A DNA stretch of 64,000 bases from Squalus acanthias (lineage: Eukaryota), in contig CM059433.1 in the NCBI GenBank assembly GCA_030390025.1, positions 21,702,001 through 21,766,000 on the forward strand, in the 5' to 3' direction. Below the pieces are notes generated by a model. It was not told the DNA's origin and ran no database searches. It was given only the letters and a program-made list of their open reading frames with translations. A program made the translations under genes and the position numbers. Positions 40,628 through 51,589 of the stretch are shown here, in pieces (position 1 is the first letter of the stretch; the number at the start of each line of letters is the position of its first letter).

Positions 40628-41372
40628 GGCCCAGAAATTAAAGACGGAGCCTTCGTGCGGGGGTAAGGCTTCCCCGCGATATCTCACTGCGCGCCTGCCT
40701 TTTCATTCCGAGCTCGCACGAACTTGAGTTTCTAGACAGCAGCTGTGCAGTGCTTCCGTATCCCACAGACGCAGTTAATTCATGCGAGCTGTGGGATCAC
40801 ATGATTCAGTTACAGCCAATGGCAGCACACCATCTTTCATTCATAGTTTTCAGAGCAAGGGCTGTGAAAGCTATGAATCTATACCCCCCCCAAAAGAACA
40901 GCTAAACCTCAATTAATTTTTTTTTTTTAAAAATCACATTAATAAAATAAGTATAGTTAAATAAATTAACCACTTTAAACAAAAAATTAAATTTTTGAAA
41001 AAATTTAAAATCTTTTAAAAAGTTATAAAAATAAACTTACCTTTCTTTAAAGTCTCTAAAAAAGATATACCTGTTGAAAAAAATTCAAAATAATACTTAA
41101 TTAACTACTTACCTTGTTAAAAGAGGGTCTTACGCCTCCTTTCTTTATGTGCAAAATCTTCCATGCTTACCTGCGCGTTCAAAGCACTAAGTGCACTGCG
41201 TGCGCGCAGCCTGTAGCGTGCACGCGGTTCACCTAGGAACCGCCCCCTTTTGAAATCACCAAGTGCCGGTTTTCAGCGCATGCGCAGTGCATGCAGAAAA
41301 CCGGCAATTGGAGACAGAATACGCGAGAGTACACAGTGCGTACTCTCGCGTAGCAAGACTAATTTTTGGGCC
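40628..41372. mobile_element. Hairpin-rich Harbinger-type MITE
   Basis: TIR ggcccagaaatta / taatttttgggcc, AT-rich core and internal palindromes; related to 50853-51589. Confidence 0.75.
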
Positions 41373-41672
41373 ATTAAGGAGAGAGAGTAAAATAATTTAA
41401 ATTACAGTATACTCTCAGTAACATTCACAGCGAGTAGCTGAGAATTGTTTCAGCTACTTCCTTGGCAACCACACCTCATATAACCTATATCTTAATGTAT
41501 GCCCAATAGAACATATAAGTTTACTTCACAATATCACAGATTGAATACACTGGGGCAGGTTTTCCTTTGTAACACTTGGGTGTAAATGATCACCTGGGCA
41601 AAGTGCCTGGGGGAAAATCAGGTAGGGAGCATCACCTCTACGCAAGCCCATCCGATTTTCCATCCATTCATT

Positions 41673-41815
41673 TAAAAAAAAAGAAAAGAAAGAAAAGAAG
41701 AAAGAAAGAAAGAAAGAATTTGGGTTTATATAGCACCTTTCACAATCTAAGGATGTTGTAAAGTACTTTACAGCCAATGAAGTACTTTTGAAGTGTGCTC
41801 ACTGTTGTAATGTAG
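41673..41815 (-). repeat. (GAAA)n tail plus Deu-SINE/L2 3' fragment
   Basis: aaagaaagaaag run followed by tttatatagcacctttcac...ctttacagccaatgaagtacttttgaagt. Confidence 0.7.
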
Positions 41816-42789
41816 CCTTTGGTACAGGCGTACGATCCTCCCTGCCTGATTTTCCTCTAAGATGATCATTTACACTCAAGTGCAACAGAGGAAAATCCAT
41901 TTGATTGCTTTAGAGATTCTGTAAATGAAATGCACTTTAACATTCTGAATGGTACAAAGGTCCCAGCTGCCGATGTTAAGTTATTCCATTATCCATCAGT
42001 GCCTGTTCAATGGAAACTGCAAGATACTTTGTAAATGTTATCCAGCCAGGAACTGTGCACAATAAAACCTTTGAATCACAATTTATAATCAACAATTGGA
42101 GTGCTTCATGGAAATTTAGTCTGTGACTGAGCTGAAACTATTGCTAAGAATAGAAATGTTTCCAAATATTGGCTAAACAGTTATCTAACAAATTCAAAAG
42201 GGTTCTATCTGTAGTCACTGGGGGAGAGAAATAGCTATTTGTTTAAACTAGCAGCTGCCCATACTTTTCATGGTTGCAATCCTAGGGGATTTGGTAGAGA
42301 TGGACGGCCTTTCAAAGGAACTTATGGGAAGCTTTTAGGTACTTGATACAAATTGAAAATGACAATTTATTTGATTTTTTTTGAAGTTGCACAAATCCTA
42401 TATAATTGGGATTGAAGAAAACATATTTTTGTATTTAGTTATGGTGCTCATAAGGAGTTTGCTCATATATTAGCAGGGCTTTTCGAAATTAAGGCTGAAT
42501 TGTGGGCACTTGGGTTTCAAATGTAATTTTATATTTGAAGCATTAATGAGAAAACCAAGAATAGTCTGTTGACAGGCCTCCTTTCACACACCAGAAAAGA
42601 GTAGTGTTTGCCATGCCTTGTGCCACATTAAATATATTGGCCTCAATATTCCTCCCCGCTTCCTTTGCCCAAGCAGAGGGCATTGAAAGTGCGTTTTGCC
42701 TGTCTGGTCCACATTTTCCCAAATCTGGTGTCCTAGGCGTTTAGTGTAGTCCATTTGAAGGCCTGCCCCATGGCAAGGCCTTGTGCCTG

Positions 42790-45700
42790 GAATCATAGGA
42801 ATATAAGAACAGGAGTAAGTCATTCAGCCCCTCAAGCCTGTTCTGCCATTCAATTAGATCATGGCTGATCAACTCCATTTGTTCCATATCCCTTTATACC
42901 CTAACCTAACAAATATCTATCAATCTCAGTCTTGAAAATTTCAATTGATTCAGCATCCACAGCTTTTTGGGGGAGTGTGTTCCAGATTTCCACTACCCTT
43001 TGTGTGAAAATGTGCTTCCTGATTTCACTTCTAAATGGCCTAGCTTTAATTTTAAAATTATCCCTTCTTGTTCTGGATTCTCTCACCAGAGTAAAAGGTT
43101 TCTCTGTATCTGCCCTATCAAATTCCATTATCAGTTTAAACACCTCAATTATATCACCCCTCAACCTTCTAAACTCAAGGGAATACAAGCCATGTTTATG
43201 CAACTTATCCTCATAATTTAAGCCCTGGTATCATTCTGGTGTACCCCTGCCAAGGCCAATGTATCTCTCCTGTGGTTGGTTCCCAAAATTGAATGAACTA
43301 CTCTAGATGTGGTGTGATCAAGGGTCTGTACAACTAAAGCATCACTTCCTCACTTTTCAATTCCAAACCCCTTGAGATAAAGGCCAACATTCCATTAGTC
43401 CTTTTGATTAGTTTTTGCAGCTCTGCACTAGCTTTCAGTAATTTATTTACATGGACACCTAAATCCCTTTGCTTCTCCATAATTCCTAGTCTATCACCAT
43501 TAAGAAAGTATTACGATTTGTCTTTCTCGGATCTAAAGTGGATGATCTCACACTTCAACACATTGAACTTCATCTGTCATAGTTTTGCCCACTGTCGGCC
43601 TATGTCCCTTTGTAACTGTCTCCTTGCAGCAATACAATTTACTGTGCCTCCTAACTTAGTGTCATCTGAAAACTTGGCTATACAACTCTGTTCCTTCATC
43701 CAAGTCATTAATATATATGGTGAAAATCTGAGGCTCCAGATTCTGAGGAACACCCCTTGTCAATCAGAGAATACTCCCTTTATCCTTATTGTCTGTCTCC
43801 TGCTTAACAATTAATTACCAACCCATGTCACAAGGTTACCTCTAATTCCATGTGCTCTAATTTTTGCTAATAATATTTTGTGCAAAACATTATCAAATGC
43901 CTTCTGGAAGTCCACATAGACAAGATCCATAGACACGCCCTATGCCCAATGTTAGTGACCTCCTCAAAAAATTCAACTAGATTAGTCAGACATGAGTTAC
44001 CCTTTACAAATCTATGCTGACTCTCTTTGATTAGCTCCTGCTTGTTCAAGTGCTCAGTCATTTTATCCTGATGATAGATTCAAGTAGCTTCCTACAGATG
44101 ATATTAAACTGACAGATCTGTAGTTACCTGGTTTCTCCCTCCCTCCTTTCTTATATAATGGATGATGTTTGCAATTTTCCAATCCAAGGGCACAATTCCT
44201 GAATCTAGAGAGCTTTGGAAAATTATGATCAATGCATCTGCAATTTCCTCCCATATTTCTTTTAATACCCTGGGGCTGAAACCATCATGTTCTAGAGAGT
44301 TGTCTGTAATAAATCTCATTATTTTCTCCATTACCATTTCTTTTACTTATATTAAGTTCACTAAGTTCCTCCCCTTAAGTTATTTTTTGGTTCTCTTGTA
44401 CCACTGGTATTTTGTCCTCTTCCTTTACTGTGAAAACAGATAGTATTCATTTAACAAGTCTACCATTTCCTTATTATCCATGATGGGTATCACCTGCTTT
44501 TGTCTTTAATAAGACAACACTTGCCCTTACCACTCTTTCTCTTAATATATTTATACAAATTTTATCTGTTAGCGTTGATATCCCAGTTTTTCTCATATTC
44601 CCTTTTTGCACCTATTATATTTTCTTTGTATCCCTTTGTTGCTTTTTATAGCTCTCCCAGTCTACTGGGTTTCCACATTTCCTTGCATTTGTGTCAGCCA
44701 TTTCTTTTAGCTTGATACTGTCTCTTACCTTATTTGTTGACCATGATTGCTTAACTACACAAGTGGACCCTTTGCTATTTTAGCGGTATGTACTGTTTTG
44801 TATTGTATCAAATACCTCTTTGAAAACTTCCCACGGTTTGTCTGTAGGGTTACCCATTAATAGTTCAGCCCATTTTACTGCGGTTAATTCATTTCTCATC
44901 CCTTCGAAGTTTGTCTTACTTAAATTTAAAACCTTGGATTGTGACGCTCCCTTCTGCCTCTCAAACCTAATATCAAATTTGATCATAATATCATCGATAT
45001 TTGCAAAATGCTCCCTTACCGTGAGATTGTTAACTAATTCTGGCTTGTTTATCATCACTAAATCCAGTATGGCCTGTTCCCTTGTCGGTTCTAAAACATA
45101 ATGGGCTGAGTTTTATGGTCAGCGGTTGCGCCATCACTTGCACTTGCCTATTGACTTTTTATAGGCTTTTCCATTGGAAGTTCCTGTCAGCCAATCATCG
45201 AAAAAGCACAGCGCCCCCTACAGAGCATCTGGGACCTGTGTGAACCGGGCAAGCAACTGTGTGTCTCCTCAACCAATCAGATTGACAAATCGTTAATGAG
45301 CAGCACAGAGTCTGAACCAGGAAGTGTCAGTTAAAAATTAATTCAATGTCAAATCAGGTACAGAAAGTGAAATAAAGAGAGGGAAATAAAGATTGGATTA
45401 AGAGAGAGAGATAAAAGAGACAGAAAAGGTACAAAAAATGATTATTGATTTTTTTTTTTAAAGATCTCCAACAATAATTAAAATCTGTAGGAATGATACT
45501 CCACACTTATTAAAATTAATTTTCAGTGCCAGAGAGGTTGTTTGGCAGTAATTAAGTCATATCATGCTATTAAAGGGGTACTTACACTGGAATGGACAAG
45601 CCCTAACTTTTTCTGGCATGTTTAGTACATATATATCAGGTAAGTACAACAACATTACACTGTTCCATGTATTTCAATAGTGAGCCTCTCAACAAGATAC

Positions 45701-45970
45701 TGTTATAGCAAAGCTTCTAGAGGAGCAGGGCATTATCGGACAGTAACTTCCTCATTTACACATTTAACTACGCATGTGCGGTCGCTGGGAGTTGCTGTCT
45801 GATTTATACATTAATAACAGTGAGCACTGTTGGCCTCATCATTATTTTTACTGCAAAATCTGGCCCAATGTTCCAGAGAACTGTCCCGAATGTCTTCTAG
45901 AAATTCAATGGATGTATTACTGGAGTTGTTTTGCTTCTCCCAGTCTACCGGCAAATTAAAAGCCCCAGTC
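42790..45970 (-). mobile_element. CR1 LINE ORF2 (APE through RT to 3' UTR), degraded and interrupted by a MITE
   Basis: GAFNLPVDW..LEH|YVLEPTREQAILDLV, PGNYRSVSL, QHRFVKGNSCLTNL and LRGDIIEVFK. The reading frame rejoins across the MITE. Confidence 0.9.
45103..45866. mobile_element. Harbinger-type MITE inserted in a CR1 endonuclease domain
   Basis: Termini gggctgagtttt and aaaatctggccc; TSD aat/aat. Confidence 0.85.
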
Positions 45971-47290
45971 TGTGAAAAATAAATCAGAAGTGGATTTAGG
46001 GACACGGCTGCAGGCCTGGGCTTTGGCCTTCTGGCTTCTGTTGGACAACAGCAGTCAGAGGGCCTCGAGGTTTAAAGATCCAGTGTGTAAGTAAAAGGGA
46101 TGTTTAAAAGTTACCTTGAGGGTCTTCTTCACCTTTCTCCAATCTGAAGGATTCCTGGTAGAAGACCTAGGGGGTCATCCTAATCTAACTCTCCCAGCAG
46201 AAACTAATGGGAGGGGATTGGCTGCCCGTTTTACACCCCATCTAATAATATGATTTCAATGGGAAGTAAAATCAGGGCTTGTGTAGAACATGTGACCGAT
46301 CCGATCCAGTCAGTTTCCCTTGAGTGGGTTAGGTTAAAATGATCCCCCTAGTTTTAGCTTCCTGAACGCCATTGGAAATGGACGCCCCTTGGACACACTG
46401 GGAGGAAAGTAATTTGAGAGGACGAAGTGTATCCCCTCCCACCTCATTAAATGGCAAGAGTTGCCCTTCTTTGCCAATTTGGAGAAGCCCCAAAAAATCC
46501 TAAGGCAGCGTAAGGGGAGTGGAAACCTGATGTCATGGGTTTTCATCCCCTTTTCCTTCCTGTAGCTCCTGGAAAATGATCATAGCCCACACACTGCAGA
46601 GGGGAATATCTGGGCTGTAATATTTAAATGCTATCATAACAACATTGCACAAATATAAAATACAAAATTTGTGCTCTAGTGGAACTTGTGCACGGGAAGG
46701 GACGGGGTGGGGGTGAAGAGCAAAAAGTGCCTTATTATTAGCCCATATAAAACCTGACACAGAGGGGGCGATTTTCTGCCATCGGAGGAGGCGGGTTTGG
46801 AGGCGAGAAAGGCAGGAAAATCAGATTCAATGAGGGCGGGTACGGAACCCGCGTCCAACCCGCCTCCGCGGGATTTTGCCAGTGCTGGTTTTGGAGGTCG
46901 GGAAACGGTCCCGCCCCCAGCTGGCCATAACGATACTTGTGATCATTAAATGGTCATTAAGGGCCTCTCTAAGCCTATTTTGAGAGGCCCTCATGATTTT
47001 TCAAGGATTTCGGTGTGCTTCACGCACCTCCTAAACCATGCCAGGTAAACCTGGCGGGTTGACTCGTGTGTGGCCTCCTCACAGCTACAGGTCTAACAAG
47101 ACATCATTTATTGCATCAAGGATTACTTGCAGGTGCCAGACCTTGGCTTTAAAAGGTCTCTGAGCACTTTTAGAAGGCCTTCCGAAGTCGGAGGTGCTGT
47201 AGCTTGAATCAATAAACTGTGGGACCTCCTTGGAAGACCCTCTCCCTGCTTGCAATGAGCGCTCCCCCAAAGGAGGCATCTGCAAGCAGC

Positions 47291-48708
47291 ATGGGAACCA
47301 TTTGTTTTCTTTCTGCATGGACCTCAGATGAGGATGAGGACCATCCAGGGCAGCAGCAGAACCAGGCAGCTCAGGAGCAACACCAGCAGGAGCCCCAACC
47401 TCCTGCTCAGGCAGCTCAGCAGCAACATCAGCAGGAGCCCCAACCTCCTGCTCAGGCAGCTCAGCAGCAACATCAGCAGGAGCCCCAACCTCCTGCTCAG
47501 GCAGCTCAGCAGCAACATCAGCAGGAGCCCCAACCTCCTGCTCAGCCACCTGATGCTGCACAGGGCAGAAGGCACCAACTCATCGAGGCACCTCGCCGCA
47601 GGAGATACCCCGACAGAGAGTTTACAGACAAAGGATGAGCTACCTCAACATGAGTGAGCAGCAGTGCCAAAGGAGGCTGAGACTTTCGGGAGAGGTTGCC
47701 CGAGAGATCTGCGGCCTGCTGCAGCAAGACCTGGTGCCCAGAGGAACGGGTGGACACCCCTTACCAGTGGCTGTCAAAGTCACCACTGCACTCAACTTCT
47801 TTGCCTCAGGCTCATTCCAGGGATCATCAGCAGACATCAGTGGCATCTCCCAGTCGGCCGTCCACAGTTGCATCATGCAGGTTACCGATGCCCTTTTTGC
47901 TAAGGCCCGCAATTACATCCACTTCTCAAGGGATCAAGCAAGTATAACCGTCCGTTCGGTTGGCTTTGCAAATATGGCAGGCATGCCAATGGTGCAGGGC
48001 ATCATAGACTGCACACATGTGGCCCTTAGGGCACCCCATCACAACCCAGTTATCCTTGTCAACCGAAAGGGCTTCCACTCCCTCAACGTACAGCTGGTGT
48101 GTAACCACAAGAAGGAGTTCTTGCATGTTTGCACTAAGTTCTATGGTAGTTGCCATGACTCTTTCATCCTGCGGCACTCTAGTGTTCCTCCACTTTTCAA
48201 TCCACCAAACCAACTTAACAGATGGCTCCTTGGTGACAAAGGCTACCCACTGAAGAAGTGGCTAATGACGCCGATCAGGAGACCAGCGACCGAGGCTGAA
48301 GAACGCTACAATGCCAGCCACACTTCGACCAGGTCCATCATAGAGCAAACCATTGGGTTGCTGAAGATGCACTTCCGATGCCTTGACCGATCAGGTGGAG
48401 CCCTGCAGTATACACCATACAGGGTCTCCAGAATGGTCATGGTCTGCTGTGCACTGCACAACATCGCACAGCGTCGTGGCTTGCAGCTTTCTGATGAGCA
48501 AACGGCTCAGTTCCAGCCCTCCTCAGATGAGGAGGAGGAGGCTGAGGAGGAGGAGGAGGATCTGAAGGAGGAGTAGGAGGAGCAGGAGGAGGAGGAGGAG
48601 CAGGAGGAGGTCAGAGCACCAGTGTATCGACCAGTGGCAGCGGCAGCACGCGAGCACATGGCTGCCCGGGATGCAAAGGATGAACTTATCCTGGCCAGAT
48701 TTGCATAG
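47291..48708 (+). pseudogene. Harbinger HARBI1-like transposase, nearly intact (uninterrupted 313-aa ORF 47635-48576)
   Basis: [21 protein letters not shown] and RSIIEQTIG catalytic motifs are all present. One frameshift at about 47615-47620 and one GAG>TAG stop at 48574 in the acidic tail; read-through ends ELILARFA*. Confidence 0.9.
47363..47542 (+). repeat. 45-bp coding minisatellite x4 (QAAQQQHQQEPQPPA)
   Basis: Unit caggcagctcagcagcaacatcagcaggagccccaacctcctgct; copies 2-4 read as identical. Confidence 0.95.
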
Positions 48709-48949
48709 ATTGCCCAAGTTGGCACATGTCCTTGGCTCCATCCTAGGACATCATTGACAATGGACATGACTCCCTGGCCTCCTTTCACTCAGGCCACCAA
48801 CCTGACAATGCAAGTGTGGCGGAGCCCGCAATGTGGAGCTGCCTAAGGTGAAAGAACAGATGCCATAACGTCAACATTTTGGCTTCAAATCATTTTTATG
48901 CTTTCCAACAGGGATGGCATTTCATCAATACACATAAACATTCTCCCAA

Positions 48950-49130
48950 TCTGCACACAGATCTAGAGGTTATATCCCTTGCCAGCTGTACCCAGAGAGG
49001 TTTCTTTGGCAGGCCTCTTCCACCCAGATGAGTGGAAGAGCACCTCCATGCTAGCTCTCACCCCCTCAAACAACATTTGTAGCGCCTCATCCGAGAGCCT
49101 CGGGGAGTCCTTTGCATTGGAATTGGACAT
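48950..49130 (-). pseudogene. Truncated Myb/SANT-like partner gene of the second Harbinger
   Basis: MSNSNAKDSPRLSDEALQMLFEGVRASMEVLF...(frameshift)LWVQLARDITSRS, paralleling exon 1 of the first element's Myb gene. Confidence 0.65.
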
Positions 49131-49824
49131 AGTGGTTTCTCAAAATATGTTGCAGGTGGTGCAGCATAGGCAGAAATCCTGTGGAATGAGCCAAGGGAGC
49201 AAGAAGCCATAAAATCTAACTGGAAAAGTGCTGTCAACAGAGGCGGATTTCAGTCCCAAACACTAATTGACCAAGGGCATCCCACACCTCTGAAATCAAG
49301 TGGCCAATCAGGGGAAAATCTCAATTTTTTGAAAACTATCAGTGGAGGCGGGTTTCAAACCCACCCAAACCGAAACCCGCCTCCATCTCACCTCCAGTGG
49401 GGAAAATCGCCCCCAGAGTTATCCTTCCTTTTTAATCGAGGGGTGCTTTGTCTATTGAGGATGCATTATCTTGGATGTGGATGTTGTGACGTGTGAGAAG
49501 GTATGACAGGTTTGAGAAGCCCGCTTTCCTTGAGCTCTGTTTGTACTTGTGCTGTAAGGACATACCTGCAAATTTTAAAACACAACTGTAGTGTTAAGAA
49601 GAAGATGCATATTTCTAACAAACCTGCAGCTGAAGACTCAATACAAAAAAACGATGGGTCGTTTTCAGTCTTTCAGTGCTCGGAGAGGAACAGCCCTTTA
49701 TTGTATATACTGACCTCAGGCTTTTGTGTGTGCTTTCTCCCATGTCCGTTCTGAGTATTTCAGAATCTTTAGCAAATAATCAGAAGTGACAACAGAAGGA
49801 GAAAAAAAGAAGGAATCTTGTTAT

Positions 49825-50232
49825 AAGAACATAAGAAGATAAGAAATAGGAGCAGGAATAGGCCACTTGGCCCCTCGAGCCTGCTCTGCCATTCAATAAG
49901 ATCATGGCTGATCTTGGGCTCAAAGCCACTTCCCCGCCCGCTCCCCATAACCCTTCACTCCCTTATCTTGCAAAAATCTGTCTATCTCGACCTTAAATGT
50001 ATTTAATGACCCAGCCTCCACGGCTCTCTGGGGCAGAGAATTCCACAGATTTACGACCCTCTGAGAGAAGAAATTCCTCCTCATCTCAGTTCTAAAAGGG
50101 CGACCCTTTATTCTGAAACTATGCCCCCGAGTTCTAGATTTCCCCACGAGAGGAAACATCCTCTCTGCATCTACCTTGTCGAACCCCCTCAGTATCTTAT
50201 GTGTTTCAATAAGATCACCTCTCATTCTTCTA
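49825..50232 (-). mobile_element. CR1 3' fragment, young subfamily
   Basis: MRGDLIETHKILRGFDKVD...RTRGHS...FFSQRVVNLWNSLP plus a cttatgttctt tail. Confidence 0.9.
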
Positions 50233-50609
50233 AATTATTATGATTACGTGATGGAAGTCCAGCTTAGAGCAGACGATTTTTATTACTAAATGTCTGGATT
50301 TTCCATTTCTGACAGTTTAATTGTATAATAGAGAATAATTCTGTGGTGTGCTTACTGCTGCAGCAAGGAGGTATGGCCTGTACGTGCTATCTTCGAATAC
50401 CAGTCGGTACTTTTTGATGCCAGTGCTTTTTTTATGCCTGAAACATTCAATAAAGCCAGCAGAGATCGATTTAAACAGAAAGAACACATTTCCTCTCCTT
50501 CTCTTCTCTTCTTCTCCACCCCCCCTCCACATTTGATATAAATTCACACAGCTGGAGTACTCCTCTGTCAAGGATCTGACTCGAGTCATTTTTTTTTAAC
50601 AGAAACACA

Positions 50610-50752
50610 TATTTCCAGTTCTGACGAAAGGTCATCGACCTGAAATGCTAACTCTGTTTCTGTCTCCACAGATGCTGCCTGACCTGCTGAGTATTTCCAG
50701 CATTTTCTGTTTTAATTTTGGATTTCCAGCATCCGCAGTATTTTGCTTTTGT
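50610..50752 (+). mobile_element. Penelope-type terminal repeat with a hammerhead ribozyme-like core
   Basis: agtt-CTGACGA-a-aggtc-atc-gacct-GAAA-tgct-aact followed by cagatgctgcctgacctgctgagtatttccagcatt. Confidence 0.7.
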
Positions 50753-50852
50753 AAACGAAACTGTTCAGCTCTGCCAGGAAATATGTGTTTCTGTTCAAGA
50801 AAGATACAGAAGACTGTTGAAAATACATCAGATGCTATTTGAAATACTTAAT

Positions 50853-51589
50853 GGCCCTGAATTTCCGATCGGAGGTTTCCTGCGGGCGGATGCCTCCGAT
50901 CGGAAAAAAATCTACGAACCTACCTGTTGGCTCCGTAGATCCCGTAGCTTACGATCCTGGGCCTCTGCTCTTCAAAATGCGCAGAGGCCCAGGTATCCCA
51001 GGGGCGCATGCGGTTCATAAGCGCCCCTGGGATCATGTGGGCCAGGCAAACCAATTAAAGAAGGGAATCCCCCTTCATGCTTTTGGCAGTTCCGTACGTA
51101 CAGAACTGTCAAAAGTATGAATGGGGATCTCATTTAAAAACACACTAAAACATTTTTAAAAATTTATAAAAATTACATATTTAAAATTAATTAAAATGCC
51201 ATTTAATTAAATATTTTAAACAAAAATGTAATTTTTTGAAAAAAAATATTAAATGTTTTAAGGGGCTAAAAATAAACTTACCTTTTTTAAGAGTATTTTT
51301 AATTTATAAATTACTGATCAAATTTTATTTTTCTATATTTTAAAACTCTTATGCTGGTAAAAGCAGACGTAAGAATTTGACAGTAATTCAGCGGGCGGAA
51401 GTTGTGCGAAAAGCGGAACTCTCCGTCTGCAGAGGCACTTTTCTTGGCCAGGTGGATGATCTGTCAGGAGAGTTCTTGGCAGATCGCAAGTGCCGGGTTT
51501 CAGCGCATGCGCTTCGCATGTCTGAAACCAGCACTTGCGCGGCCCCTACGGGCGCGTACACACCTCATAGGGGTAGGAAAATCCGGCCC
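50853..51589. mobile_element. Hairpin-rich Harbinger-type MITE
   Basis: Termini ggccctgaatttcc and ggaaaatccggccc; several internal inverted repeats. Confidence 0.75.

Larger units (their letters stand above)
46764..49414 (+). mobile_element. PIF/Harbinger DNA transposon, internally deleted on the Myb side
   Basis: Perfect 13-bp TIR gggggcgattttc / gaaaatcgccccc; 3-bp TSD aga/aga; transposase on + and Myb remnant on -. Confidence 0.93.

Noticed and set aside
45630..45650. Recursive splice site (cag|gtaagt), also at 16661
   Set aside because: No polypyrimidine tract upstream of the AG, and both sites lie in MITEs.
47363..47542. CRISPR-like array next to a nuclease ORF
   Set aside because: The units are head-to-tail with no unique spacers and lie in frame in a eukaryotic Harbinger transposase; there are no cas genes.
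47635..48576. Domesticated host HARBI1 gene
   Set aside because: It is flanked by perfect TIRs and a TSD and carries a frameshift, a nonsense codon and a Myb remnant, so it is a transposon copy.
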